DNA of 64,000 bases from Candidatus Magasanikiibacteriota bacterium (GCA_041678665.1 JBAYNU010000003.1:12008-76007), one strand, 5' to 3'; counted from the stretch's first letter, positions 45,679 through 55,054 are shown. Notes: generated by a model from the sequence alone, not told the origin. Program-made: numbers and translations.

Positions 45679-47001
45679 ATGAATAAAAAAGCCTGGGTAG
45701 TAACGGTGGATATGGGTTACGGCCATCAGCGCGCCGCTTTTCCTTTGCGCCACCTTTCGCCTTCGGGCAAGGTAATTGTTGCCAATAATTACGCTGGTAT
45801 TCCCGAGCATGATCGGCGGATTTGGGAATCTTCGCGTAAGTTTTACGAATTTGTTTCTCGCTTTACCAATATTCCGTTAATTGGTCGGTATATTTTTAAT
45901 ACTTACGATAAATTACAAAAAATTCCGGAATTTTATCCGCGTCGCGATATTTCTAATTCCAATTTACAAGTGCGGCAAATGTATCGTCTGATAAAAAATG
46001 GCTGGGGTAAAAATTTGATTGAATATTTAAACAGCGAAGATATTCCTCTTATTACTACTTTTTTTACGGTAGCTTTTTTTGCCGAGGAACATAAATTCAA
46101 AAATGATATTTATTGTGTGCTTTGTGATGCTGATGTTTCGCGCGCTTGGGTAGGGCTTTATCCACATCATAGTCGTATTAAATATTTGGCTCCTTGCCGG
46201 CGGGTGGTGGAGCGTCTCAAACTCTATGGGGTCAAGCCGGAAAATATTTTTCTTACTGGTTTTCCTTTGCCCGAAGAAAATTTGGGATCGAATTTAGAAA
46301 TTTTAAAAAATGATTTAGCCGAGCGGATTATCAATTTGGATCCGGAGCATCGTTATCGTCATAAATATGGTGAAACTGTTAAACATTTTTTGGAGAGTAT
46401 TAAAATTAATGATCATCACCATCATCCTCTCACTCTTACTTTTGCAGTCGGGGGAGCCGGCGCTCAGCGTAATTTAGCTTCCAATATTTTGTATAGTTTG
46501 CGGAAAAAATTATTAAAACAGGAAATCAATCTCAATTTGATTGCCGGCGTGCGCAACGATGTCTATATTTATTTTAAGGATCAAATTGCGCGTTTAAAAC
46601 TAGGAAAAGTTTTTGGTGAAAATTTAAATATTCTTTTTTCGGTAGATAAAGAGGATTATTTTTCCAAACTAAATTTTTGTTTGCGCACTACTGATATGTT
46701 TTGGACTAAACCCAGTGAGCTGGTGTTTTATAGCGCTTTAGGGCTTCCTATCGTAATGGCGCCATCGGTGGGGTCGCAGGAAGACTATAATCGGCTATGG
46801 CTCAAGACTATAGGGGCGGGAATTTCGCAAAATAACCCCCGTTATACGCATGAATGGCTGTTTGATTGGATTAACTCCGGTTGGCTCGCCGAAGCCGCTA
46901 TGGCAGGCTTTTTGGATGGTAGGCAATGGGGGGTGCATAATATTGAAGAAGTGGTTTTTTGTGGCGTCAAAGAACCAGCCAAAAATCACCAACTGTTGTA
47001 A
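45679..47001 (+). CDS. putative GT-B glycosyltransferase (MGDG-synthase/MurG-like)
   Basis: N-terminal D-M-G-Y-G-H-Q-R-A-A G-x-G-H motif; 440 aa. Confidence 0.4.
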   Translation: MNKKAWVVTVDMGYGHQRAAFPLRHLSPSGKVIVANNYAGIPEHDRRIWESSRKFYEFVSRFTNIPLIGRYIFNTYDKLQKIPEFYPRRDISNSNLQVRQMYRLIKNGWGKNLIEYLNSEDIPLITTFFTVAFFAEEHKFKNDIYCVLCDADVSRAWVGLYPHHSRIKYLAPCRRVVERLKLYGVKPENIFLTGFPLPEENLGSNLEILKNDLAERIINLDPEHRYRHKYGETVKHFLESIKINDHHHHPLTLTFAVGGAGAQRNLASNILYSLRKKLLKQEINLNLIAGVRNDVYIYFKDQIARLKLGKVFGENLNILFSVDKEDYFSKLNFCLRTTDMFWTKPSELVFYSALGLPIVMAPSVGSQEDYNRLWLKTIGAGISQNNPRYTHEWLFDWINSGWLAEAAMAGFLDGRQWGVHNIEEVVFCGVKEPAKNHQLL

Positions 47002-47016
47002 GAATTATGAACAAAT

Positions 47017-47048
47017 TAAAATCACCACCTTATAGGTGGTGATTTTAA
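47017..47048 (+). terminator. perfect hairpin terminator
   Basis: AAAATCACCACC-ttat-AGGTGGTGATTTT. Confidence 0.6.
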
Positions 47049-47049
47049 T

Positions 47050-47162
47050 TTGTTCACTACTTTTGAAAAAATACGAACCGATTTTACCGAAAATTAATTG
47101 GGCGGGCGGAAGGAAGGGGTGTGGGGAGGGAATTCCGCCCGCCCACCGTGGCCCTGTTCGGA
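47050..47162 (+). repeat. 113-bp inverted repeat, left copy (IR-L)
   Basis: Identical to reverse complement of 50777-50889; contains internal 12-bp-stem hairpin GGGCGGGCGGAA ... TTCCGCCCGCCC. Confidence 0.85.
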
Positions 47163-47196
47163 CTGACGATTTCAAGTTTTTCACGAGATACCGTAG

Positions 47197-47898
47197 TTAT
47201 TTTTTTCCTGTATTTTTGAAACTTTTGAAAAAGTCACGAAATTTGATAATTTTTGGTGCCATGTCGTGGTTAATAGAAAAAATGGCATGTGTAAATATAT
47301 TTGTAAGCTCAGCACGGTTAGATATCTCATTCTTCCAATCTTCACACCATTCTTTAAATTCTTTTTTGCTTTTTTTGATCGGCCTATTCTGCGGTCTTAA
47401 ATAGTGATCAAAATTAATATTATAATATAATTTATGTGTCAGAGTATTTCTTTCCTCAATAATTTTTTTGAGGTTCTTATTTGTCTCGAATTTTTTTATC
47501 GTGGATAACAACTTCGCTTGTTTAATAAAAGGATGATTAATAACATTTTTGATGTTTATATCATTTCCATTATAATTCAGTGGTAATATTTCATTCAAAA
47601 ATAACAACATCTTTTCTCTAAAACAATAAGCACGAAAACAGTAGTTCTCATAATGATAAACAAAATTAACGAGAGCATCGAATACATCTGGTGGGTGAGG
47701 GACAAAGCCGTTGCGCGTGTGTATTGATTTAATATTGAAAATACAAATTTGCGCACCGTGTTGCACTTGTTTATTAGTATAAACCAGCGTGTTCATCATC
47801 CTAATCATTTCTTTTAAACACTCCTTTGCCTTTGTATTTCTCGGAAAGTATTTTTTTGGAATATCTTGAATATGTATACAGTTGCTTTTTTTGGCCAT
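47197..47898 (-). CDS. hypothetical protein with HEPN-like R-x4-H motif
   Basis: 233 aa; E-R-N-T-L-T-H matches Rx4-6H; last gene of the cassette operon. Confidence 0.35.
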   Translation of the reverse strand: MAKKSNCIHIQDIPKKYFPRNTKAKECLKEMIRMMNTLVYTNKQVQHGAQICIFNIKSIHTRNGFVPHPPDVFDALVNFVYHYENYCFRAYCFREKMLLFLNEILPLNYNGNDINIKNVINHPFIKQAKLLSTIKKFETNKNLKKIIEERNTLTHKLYYNINFDHYLRPQNRPIKKSKKEFKEWCEDWKNEISNRAELTNIFTHAIFSINHDMAPKIIKFRDFFKSFKNTGKK

Positions 47899-47907
47899 AT
47901 ATTCAAT

Positions 47908-48672
47908 CTATTTGATTATAAACTTACCAGCTTTCACAAGTTTTATGCTATTATAATCGTTTACATCTTCAAATTTAAACTCCCAAATTGAATAGATATT
48001 TTCTTTGTCATCTTTATCAAAAAATAACGTGACGACCCTCTTTTTTGTATGTATTTGCCATTGTCTAAATGGATAGTATAGCTGGCGAATAATTACATTA
48101 TTTGCACTAAAATTTTTTGCTTCGATTAAAACTATTTGATCTTTGCCTTCGTAACCAGCATCAACTTCGGTCTGCACACTGGACACTTTAATTAACTGCT
48201 TGCCAACATAAAATTCGAAATCCGGTGTGTACTTCCGCCCTCGAATAGTAAGTACTAAACTTGGATCATCCATAAATGTTCGTATCAAACTTGCTGCATA
48301 GGCGTAATCCAAGTGTTGCATTTCAGAATTACCAATAAAAGATGAGTCAAGATGAAAGTTCAACTTACTATCGTAGATAGTAACACCAGTTTTAATTTTT
48401 GGTATACTAACATATCCCTCACCTTTAATAATGTCGTAATAGCCATTTTTTGTTGGTAATAAAAATAAACCGTTGTCTCTAAAAATTTTAGGACGATCTT
48501 CTCTGGTGTCTTGTTTACATAGAATACGCACCTCCTTTTCTGCTGTCTCCTTAAATCTTTGACAAGATTTTTTAATTTGGCCGGCCGATAACGGAAATGG
48601 CCCCTTATTAAAATTGTGCTTGATAATATCGTAGTCCTTAAATATTTTTTCCCAAGAACGAGAGTTTGCCAT
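47908..48672 (-). CDS. putative type II restriction endonuclease (PD-(D/E)xK-like)
   Basis: T-P-D-F-E-F ... I-E-A-K motif; downstream of beta-class MTase in same operon; start at internal ATG with AAGGA-like RBS (ORF-track start 48702 overlaps MTase by 26 nt). Confidence 0.45.
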   Translation of the reverse strand: MANSRSWEKIFKDYDIIKHNFNKGPFPLSAGQIKKSCQRFKETAEKEVRILCKQDTREDRPKIFRDNGLFLLPTKNGYYDIIKGEGYVSIPKIKTGVTIYDSKLNFHLDSSFIGNSEMQHLDYAYAASLIRTFMDDPSLVLTIRGRKYTPDFEFYVGKQLIKVSSVQTEVDAGYEGKDQIVLIEAKNFSANNVIIRQLYYPFRQWQIHTKKRVVTLFFDKDDKENIYSIWEFKFEDVNDYNSIKLVKAGKFIIK

Positions 48673-48676
48673 ATTT

Positions 48677-49468
48677 TTATAGTAATCCTTTTTTAATGTC
48701 ATTATAACGTTTGATAGATAAATCCAAATATTTTTTTTCTAAATCAATGCCGACAAACTTTCGGCCATTCAGTACGGCCGCCAATCCGGTAGTTGATGAG
48801 CCAGTAAAAGGATCTAATACAATATCTCCTTTATCAGTACTGGCCATAATAATACGTACAAGCAAATCAATTGGTTTTTGTGTAGGATGTTTGCCGTGAA
48901 TTTTTTCTTCTTTTTTGGGAGGATAAATAGCCCAAACGCTGCGCATTTGTAAATTTGGCTTTTTAATAAAATCCTCCGGCCAACTGCCGTTTTTCATGTC
49001 GTGATAATTGAACTTATGTTTTGCTTTTTTATCTTTGCGGGCCCAAATAAGCGTTTCATGGCTGGCGGTGAAAAATCGGCAACTTAAATTTGGCGAAGCA
49101 TTTGGTTTAAACCACGCAATATCGTTCAAAATGTGAAATTTTTCTGCTTGTAAAGCGAATCCACATTGGTAAATTGAGTGATAGGTTCCGCTGACCCAAA
49201 TAGTGCCGCTGGGTTTTAAAACTCGTTGGCACGCCCTGATCCAAGATAGTTGGAATTCAAAATCTTTTTTCAGACCATTACTCACATCCCATTCGCCTTT
49301 ATTTACACTTACCATTTTTCCGGCGTGTAGTGTAAAACCGCCGTTCGACAACAAATAAGGTGGATCGGCAAAGATCATGTCCACATAATTTTCCGGCAAC
49401 TTCGCTAAATAATCTATGCAGTTAGCGTGATATAATTTAAAATTTTGTCCAGAAAAATATGGCTTCAT
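48677..49468 (-). CDS. beta-class amino DNA methyltransferase (N6-adenine or N4-cytosine)
   Basis: N-terminal motif IV F-A-D-P-P-Y, C-terminal motif I V-L-D-P-F-T-G-S-S-T-T-G (IV before I = beta class). Confidence 0.8.
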   Translation of the reverse strand: MKPYFSGQNFKLYHANCIDYLAKLPENYVDMIFADPPYLLSNGGFTLHAGKMVSVNKGEWDVSNGLKKDFEFQLSWIRACQRVLKPSGTIWVSGTYHSIYQCGFALQAEKFHILNDIAWFKPNASPNLSCRFFTASHETLIWARKDKKAKHKFNYHDMKNGSWPEDFIKKPNLQMRSVWAIYPPKKEEKIHGKHPTQKPIDLLVRIIMASTDKGDIVLDPFTGSSTTGLAAVLNGRKFVGIDLEKKYLDLSIKRYNDIKKGLL

Positions 49469-49471
49469 AAC

Positions 49472-50392
49472 TTATTTAAAAAGTTTTTCGTGTATCTGCT
49501 TTACTAAAAATATGGCATAATCGATATCGTTTGCCGTTGTTATCGTGGTCATGCAATTGCGACCGTAACCGCGTTCTTCCCATGGCGTATCGACAACCTT
49601 GTTTTCAGGGTCTTTTAAGTCCTTTTTTTCGACGCGCACTAAACACAGATCCAATTTAGATTTGTATATATTAATCGCACATAGATTGTTTGTTCCGATT
49701 TTAAAAGCGACATAATTGCGATTAATTTTTATAATTATGCGACTATCTATACTCATGATTCTTTCCTTGATGTCATCGTAGATATTCGCGGAATTGTGCC
49801 AATCACTTTTGATCAAATCATCAATGGTGTATTTTTTAATTTCTTTACCAACATTTTCGATAGTTTTATTTTTAGAAACTGTTTTTATTGATTCACTTGT
49901 ATCGGGCGACTTCAATTGATTGAAAAGCACCAAATCATTGCTAAATTTTTTCACCTCCCACAATTCAATTGGCAAATCTTTAAAATTTATTGCATTCTGT
50001 TGGTAAGTAGTAAAAGAATTTGCTAAAAATAAGACCCTTGATTGTGACCAGTCAACATCCTCTCTTTTTAAACTCTTCCCTGTCTTTTCATTATATTCTA
50101 ATATAAAATCTGCTTTATTGTTTAACATCAAGGATAGGTAGGCATATCCCTGATCGATTACACTGAAACTCCTATCGCGTTTGAATTCTATTATTACGAA
50201 TGAATTGTTTTCTTCGTCAAAAGCCAATGTATCAATGCGGAAGTTATGTAAACTAAATTCAGAGCTAATAAATTTTACATCAAATACCAGCTCCAAATTG
50301 ATTTCGGTCAAATTTTGTATATCTTTTTCTAAATCTATTTGTAATTCTTTTACGGTTACTAATTTTTGATTTTCAATTTTAAAAATTGACAT
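49472..50392 (-). CDS. hypothetical protein with N-terminal PD-(D/E)xK nuclease-like motif
   Basis: D-T-L-A-F-D ... I-I-E-F-K-R-D pattern; 306 aa; 4 nt after the C-protein gene. Confidence 0.35.
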   Translation of the reverse strand: MSIFKIENQKLVTVKELQIDLEKDIQNLTEINLELVFDVKFISSEFSLHNFRIDTLAFDEENNSFVIIEFKRDRSFSVIDQGYAYLSLMLNNKADFILEYNEKTGKSLKREDVDWSQSRVLFLANSFTTYQQNAINFKDLPIELWEVKKFSNDLVLFNQLKSPDTSESIKTVSKNKTIENVGKEIKKYTIDDLIKSDWHNSANIYDDIKERIMSIDSRIIIKINRNYVAFKIGTNNLCAINIYKSKLDLCLVRVEKKDLKDPENKVVDTPWEERGYGRNCMTTITTANDIDYAIFLVKQIHEKLFK

Positions 50393-50396
50393 AAAA

Positions 50397-50621
50397 TTAT
50401 TTTATCAATTCATCAATACTTATTTCCAATCCCGCGGCGATTTTAACCACGGTTTGTATTGATGGCTTGGTAATGACATTTGATTCAATCTTTGTCAGTG
50501 TGGCATAGGGGATATCACATTTGCGAGCCAATTTATCCTGTGTTAATCCTTGTTTTAATCGCAATTTTTGGATTTTGTCCCCAATGGTCTCGCCTTGCTT
50601 TTTACTTTTTCCACTATCCAT
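50397..50621 (-). CDS. XRE-family HTH controller (C-protein-like) of the R-M operon
   Basis: 75 aa from ATG 50621 (MDSGKSKK...), Q-x-x-L-A-R-K-C-D-I-P-Y-A-T-L-T-K-I-E HTH; upstream ORF-track extension is translated IR. Confidence 0.6.
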   Translation of the reverse strand: MDSGKSKKQGETIGDKIQKLRLKQGLTQDKLARKCDIPYATLTKIESNVITKPSIQTVVKIAAGLEISIDELIK

Positions 50622-50726
50622 AGTATAATAGTATAGTTCGGAAAGTATATGTCGGTTCCCAACTGTGTATATTTTACCACGGTTCGCCAAACCAATCAAT
50701 ATCGAAAAGAAAAGTTTGCTTTTGGC

Positions 50727-50961
50727 CAAAACAAAGTTCGAGCCGACATTTTTACGGGTTCTTTGGCGGTTTTTTATCCGAACAGGGCCACGGTGGGCGG
50801 GCGGAATTCCCTCCCCACACCCCTTCCTTCCGCCCGCCCAATTAATTTTCGGTAAAATCGGTTCGTATTTTTTCAAAAGTAGTGAACAACGTTGGACAGG
50901 TCGGGTTTTCGGCCAAAATTCGCCAGCCCCTTTTCGCTAAAAATTCGATTTTTTTACCTTG
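50727..50961 (-). repeat. inverted duplicate of LSR 3' end/att region, split by IR-R
   Basis: 50727-50753 = revcomp of 52349-52375; 50884-50961 = revcomp of 52376-52453 (1 mismatch); 130 bp (24 bp + IR-R) lie between the two parts. Confidence 0.8.
50777..50889 (-). repeat. 113-bp inverted repeat, right copy (IR-R)
   Basis: Reverse complement identical to 47050-47162. Confidence 0.85.
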
Positions 50962-51013
50962 TCGTGGACACACGACGCCAAAAGCAAACTTTTCTTTTTT
51001 AATCGTTTATCGT

Positions 51014-52462
51014 ATGGCCAAATATATTCTCTACGCTCGCAAATCCACCGATGAGGAAGAAAGACAAGTATTGTCCATTGAAGCCCAACTGGCCGAGTTG
51101 CGCGAATTCGCCCAAAAGGAAAAACTTGAAATCGTCGCCTCGCTGTGCGAGGCAAAAACCGCCAAAGAACCCGGCCGAACCGTGTTCGGCGAAATGTTAT
51201 CCCGGATTTCCGCCGGTGAAGCCGATGGTATTTTGGCTTGGCATCCCGACCGCCTTGCTCGCAATCCAATAGACGGCGGGCAAGTGGTATATATGGTGGA
51301 CACGGGTAAAATAAATTCCCTCAAATTTCCGACTTTTTGGTTCGAAAACACTCCGCAGGGTAAATTTATGCTTAACATTGCTTTTGGCCAAAGTAAATAT
51401 TTCATAGATAACTTAAGCGAGAATATTAAACGAGGGCTAAGGCAAAAACTGCGCAGGGGTGAATGGCCCAGTTATGCTCCCGTTGGATATTTAAATGATC
51501 CCATCAGTAGAAATATTATCGTGGATAAAACCAAAAGCAATTATGTTAAGCAATTATTTGAAATGTACGCGACCGGAGAATACACTCTTTTGCAACTAAA
51601 AGAATATTTTGAAAAAGCGGGATTGGTAAGTCAAACAGGAAAAGTGTTGAGAGTTAGTAATATCCAGTATATTCTCCAGCGTTCAATTTACTGCGGAGTG
51701 TTTAAATATGGCGGCGAAATGTACGAAGGCAAACACGAGCCAATAATCACCAAGAAACTTTTTGACGATGTGCAAGCAGTTATGCGGAACAAAGGGCGAC
51801 CACACAATAAGAAAAATCATGAATATATCTTTGCCAGCAATCTGTTCAATTGTTCCTGTGGCTGTTGCATAACTGCTGAACGACAAAAGGGCCATGTGTA
51901 TTACCGCTGTACCAAAAAGAAAGGGCCCTGCGATGAAAAATATATCCGCGAGGAACTGTTGACCACGGAATTGCAGGCCCTTTTGCAAAAAGTTTCTTTG
52001 TCCGATGATTGGGCCGAAAAAATGCTCGAAATGTTGGATAATGAGAAACAAACCAAGGCCCAATCATCGTCTGCCCTTGTTCAATCGTTAGAGAGCCAAT
52101 TAGAGGCCGTAAAACAGAAGCTGGATAAACTGCTCGACGCCCATTTGGAGGGTACGATAGACAAAGCCATCTACCTCAAAAAGAAAGAGCAGTTTATCTC
52201 GCTGAAAGTCACCCTTGAAGAGCAAATTAAAGAAATTTTGAACAAGGGCACCAATTGGCTCGAACCGATGAGGGAATTTATTTTATCCAGTTGTAGAGCC
52301 AAAAAAATCGCCTTCAAAGGCGATCTGGCGGAAATCCGTACATTTCTCAAAAATGTCGGCTCGAACTTTGTTTTGAAAGGCAAAAAAATCGAATTTTTAG
52401 CGAAAAGGGGCTGGCGAATTTTGGCCGAAAACCCGACCTGTCCAACGTTGTTCCGAGACTAG
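51014..52462 (+). CDS. large serine recombinase (integrase/invertase candidate)
   Basis: Y-A-R-K-S-T-D-E-E-E-R-Q catalytic motif, recombinase domain, zinc ribbon C-S-C-G-C-C ... C-T-K-K-K-G-P-C; start at ATG 51014; last 4 codons overlap tRNA-Gln(CUG). Confidence 0.8.
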   Translation: MAKYILYARKSTDEEERQVLSIEAQLAELREFAQKEKLEIVASLCEAKTAKEPGRTVFGEMLSRISAGEADGILAWHPDRLARNPIDGGQVVYMVDTGKINSLKFPTFWFENTPQGKFMLNIAFGQSKYFIDNLSENIKRGLRQKLRRGEWPSYAPVGYLNDPISRNIIVDKTKSNYVKQLFEMYATGEYTLLQLKEYFEKAGLVSQTGKVLRVSNIQYILQRSIYCGVFKYGGEMYEGKHEPIITKKLFDDVQAVMRNKGRPHNKKNHEYIFASNLFNCSCGCCITAERQKGHVYYRCTKKKGPCDEKYIREELLTTELQALLQKVSLSDDWAEKMLEMLDNEKQTKAQSSSALVQSLESQLEAVKQKLDKLLDAHLEGTIDKAIYLKKKEQFISLKVTLEEQIKEILNKGTNWLEPMREFILSSCRAKKIAFKGDLAEIRTFLKNVGSNFVLKGKKIEFLAKRGWRILAENPTCPTLFRD

Positions 52463-52521
52463 GATTCGAACCTAGATAACGAGATTCAGAGTCTCGTGTC
52501 CTACCATTAGACGATCTCGGA
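52451..52521 (-). tRNA. tRNA-Gln (anticodon CUG)
   Basis: Reverse complement: acceptor TCCGAGA/TCTCGGA, anticodon stem CGAGA/TCTCG with loop CTCTGAA, T-loop TTCGAAT. Confidence 0.7.
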
Positions 52522-52524
52522 GTT

Positions 52525-53352
52525 CTAATCTTTTATTCTCGTTGTGCTTAGTGGTATGGATTCCAGCCATTCTTTACTTACAATTCGCACCCAATTCCAT
52601 TGCCATTTGTGATTTTTAAAAACTTGTGGATTGTTAATGCCATACCTATTTCCATATTGTAAATAGTAGACACCTTTTTCGCCAGCCAATCTTACTAGTT
52701 TAGGCGCCGTGAACAATACCCGTGCTGGGCCATCCGCTTTGCCGGTTTTGTGATTAAAATCGTGTAAACTGCTGGTGATAATATCATATTTGTAGCGATA
52801 GTCAATACCCGACTTGTGATTGCCCGGGTCATCGACAATAAATTCTTTCTTAATGTCATCAAATCCGGTAATAGGCATAACATGATAATACGAGCCCCCG
52901 CGTCGCCAAGGAATATTGGGATTTTTAAGATCGTAACCATAGTGGAATGAAATTACCGGGCGGTCGGATTTTAATTCATTCAAAATATCTTCTAATGTGG
53001 GATCATTTTTGATATAAGCCGAAAAGGAGGTGTAGTCGTTTATCAGTTTAGCGGTGCGGACGGCATCAGTATCGGCGTTATTGTTCCAAAGTTTTGTTTG
53101 GATACCAAACAATGGCCACATTAATTTTTTGGCTTCGGCGCGGGTGAGACGCGCTTTATGATTACCGGCATAAAATTGTTCTATCATTACAATCGCAGCT
53201 TCTTCGCAGGCGTTGTTCCATGGTTTTATCCAGCTACCATCGGGGATTTCGGAAGTGTAGGGGACTCCTAAATTAACCACTGTGGATGTAGTATTAGCCC
53301 AAGCGATAGCGGGTAAAAGTAAACAAAAGAGAGTGGTGACCAACGTTCTCAT
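52525..53352 (-). CDS. secreted papain-like (C39-like/Peptidase_C39_2) domain protein
   Basis: Signal peptide; P-W-N-N-A-C-E-E-A-A-I-V-M putative catalytic Cys region. Confidence 0.45.
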   Translation of the reverse strand: MRTLVTTLFCLLLPAIAWANTTSTVVNLGVPYTSEIPDGSWIKPWNNACEEAAIVMIEQFYAGNHKARLTRAEAKKLMWPLFGIQTKLWNNNADTDAVRTAKLINDYTSFSAYIKNDPTLEDILNELKSDRPVISFHYGYDLKNPNIPWRRGGSYYHVMPITGFDDIKKEFIVDDPGNHKSGIDYRYKYDIITSSLHDFNHKTGKADGPARVLFTAPKLVRLAGEKGVYYLQYGNRYGINNPQVFKNHKWQWNWVRIVSKEWLESIPLSTTRIKD

Positions 53353-53354
53353 AT

Positions 53355-54959
53355 TTAATTACTTACTACTTTGCCGCCAAAATCGGCCGCCACATTATTT
53401 ATTGTTTGGTTATCAATAGTTTCGGTTTGAGGGGCATCTTCTTTCACGGTGCATGATAGCCAAATTTTCTCTCCACAAAGCTGGGTTAGGCAATCTTCAA
53501 TAGTTTTCTTGTTTTTTTTATCTTCAATTTTTTCTTTATGAAAAGAGTAGGGGACGGAAATGTTTAATAGGCCATTTGCAGTGGAACTAAGCTCACAGAG
53601 TTTAAGTACAAAGGTAAGCGAATGGTTAGAGGCGTCTAATTTTTTTATGACCTCGTCCCATTTAGGTTTTATTTCTTCCAAGGGTATTTTTATTTCATGG
53701 TGCGGGTGGGTGATGGCGGAAAAAGCGGATTTAATGGAAGAGGCAATAGTTTTTTTTTCGGTTAAGCCTTCGTCTGTCATCTTGAGTGGGCGTCCCAAAG
53801 GGGTCTTTTCGGGGAAAGATTCCTTATTGTCGGATTCTTTTACTTTTTCATTATGATAATCCGAACCGTTGTTGCCGGCACCGCCCATCTCCACCGCTAA
53901 GAGTTCCAAAGGCAATTGGGGAATTGGAGCGGATTTTATTTCTTGTTTGCGGACAAGCGCTTTGTCAATGAAGCGAATAATTTTATCAGTCGGTATATTA
54001 TCCGCTAATTTTTTTAGTTTTTTTATTGTTTCTTGATTGTAATCGGTATTGGTTAAATTTTGTCCGCTTTGGGTAATCATGATTGTTCTTAGCGCTTCAA
54101 TTAAATTGTGCGCGAATTGATCCAAATTAGCCCCGTCATTTATAGCTGTGTTTACAATCATAATTGCTTCGGCCGGGCTATTGTTCAAAGTTTTTTCTAT
54201 GTAGTTTATTACCGTAATCGAATCCACGCTCGGCAATACCAATTCAGCATCAGCGGTTTTAATTTCTTTTAAGTTTAGAGATAAAATTTGCCCAAGCAGT
54301 GATTCGGCGTCGCGTAGACAGCCGTCGCTTTTGTTGATTATTCTCTCCAATACCGCTTTTTCAACCTTAATATTTTCTTTTTGGCACACCATCTCTAGCC
54401 GCATCATCATTTGGTCGAAAGGAATTCTTTGAAAAGTAAAACGCTGGCATCGCGAAATGATGGTGGGCAAAATTTTGTGAATTTCGGTGGTGGCCAAAAT
54501 AAAGATCACATGCGCCGGTGGCTCCTCAATTGTTTTTAGAAGCGCATTAAAAGAGCTGGTGGAGAGCATGTGCACTTCGTCGATAATAAAAACTTTAAAT
54601 TTGGATTTGGTCGGTTTAAATTGGGCGTTTTCTACTATATTTTCGCGTACATTATCTACGCCTGTATGCGAGGCTGCGTCAATTTCAATCACGTCAATAT
54701 TGCGACTTTCGGAAATTTCTTTACACGAAGAACATTCGTTGCAGGGTTCAAACTGGTCCATGGTACGATTTTGGCAGTTTATTGCTTTTGCCAAAAGGCG
54801 CGCGATGGTGGTTTTGCCCGTGCCTCTGGGACCGGAGAAAAGATAAGAGTGCGTCACTTTATCGGTGGAGATTTCGTTTTCTAAGGTTTGAATTATATGT
54901 TCTTGTCCGGTAATGTCGGCAAAAACTTGTGGACGATATTTTCTATAGAGTGTCGGCAT
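53355..54959 (-). CDS. dnaX: DNA polymerase III subunit gamma/tau
   Basis: Y-R-K-Y-R-P-Q-V-F-A-D-I-T-G-Q, Walker A G-P-R-G-T-G-K-T-T, zinc module C-x-x-C ... C-x-x-C, D-E-V-H-M-L. Confidence 0.85.
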   Translation of the reverse strand: MPTLYRKYRPQVFADITGQEHIIQTLENEISTDKVTHSYLFSGPRGTGKTTIARLLAKAINCQNRTMDQFEPCNECSSCKEISESRNIDVIEIDAASHTGVDNVRENIVENAQFKPTKSKFKVFIIDEVHMLSTSSFNALLKTIEEPPAHVIFILATTEIHKILPTIISRCQRFTFQRIPFDQMMMRLEMVCQKENIKVEKAVLERIINKSDGCLRDAESLLGQILSLNLKEIKTADAELVLPSVDSITVINYIEKTLNNSPAEAIMIVNTAINDGANLDQFAHNLIEALRTIMITQSGQNLTNTDYNQETIKKLKKLADNIPTDKIIRFIDKALVRKQEIKSAPIPQLPLELLAVEMGGAGNNGSDYHNEKVKESDNKESFPEKTPLGRPLKMTDEGLTEKKTIASSIKSAFSAITHPHHEIKIPLEEIKPKWDEVIKKLDASNHSLTFVLKLCELSSTANGLLNISVPYSFHKEKIEDKKNKKTIEDCLTQLCGEKIWLSCTVKEDAPQTETIDNQTINNVAADFGGKVVSN

Positions 54960-55054
54960 ACATTTTTGTCATTGTAAACCCCTAAAGGGGAGAAATAATT
55001 CCGGTGTATTAGGAATACAGGGTGATTGTTTGGTCACTTTATTTTTTGATAATC

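Larger units (their letters stand above)
47050..52462. mobile_element. IR-flanked R-M/defence cassette plus large serine recombinase (island 2)
   Basis: 113-bp perfect IRs bracket 5 minus-strand genes (C-protein, PD-(D/E)xK-like, beta-class MTase, REase-like, HEPN-like); LSR gene follows and overlaps tRNA-Gln 3' end. Confidence 0.6.

Noticed and set aside
47036-47404. ORF 47036-47404 (+) and the N-terminal extension of ORF 50397-50876 (-) share 32 identical residues (KKYEPILPKINWAGGRKGCGEGIPPAHRGPVR)
   Set aside because: Both are translations of the two copies of the 113-bp inverted repeat. The real gene on the right is the 75-aa C-protein starting at 50621; 47036-47404 also overlaps the 47197-47898 gene on the other strand
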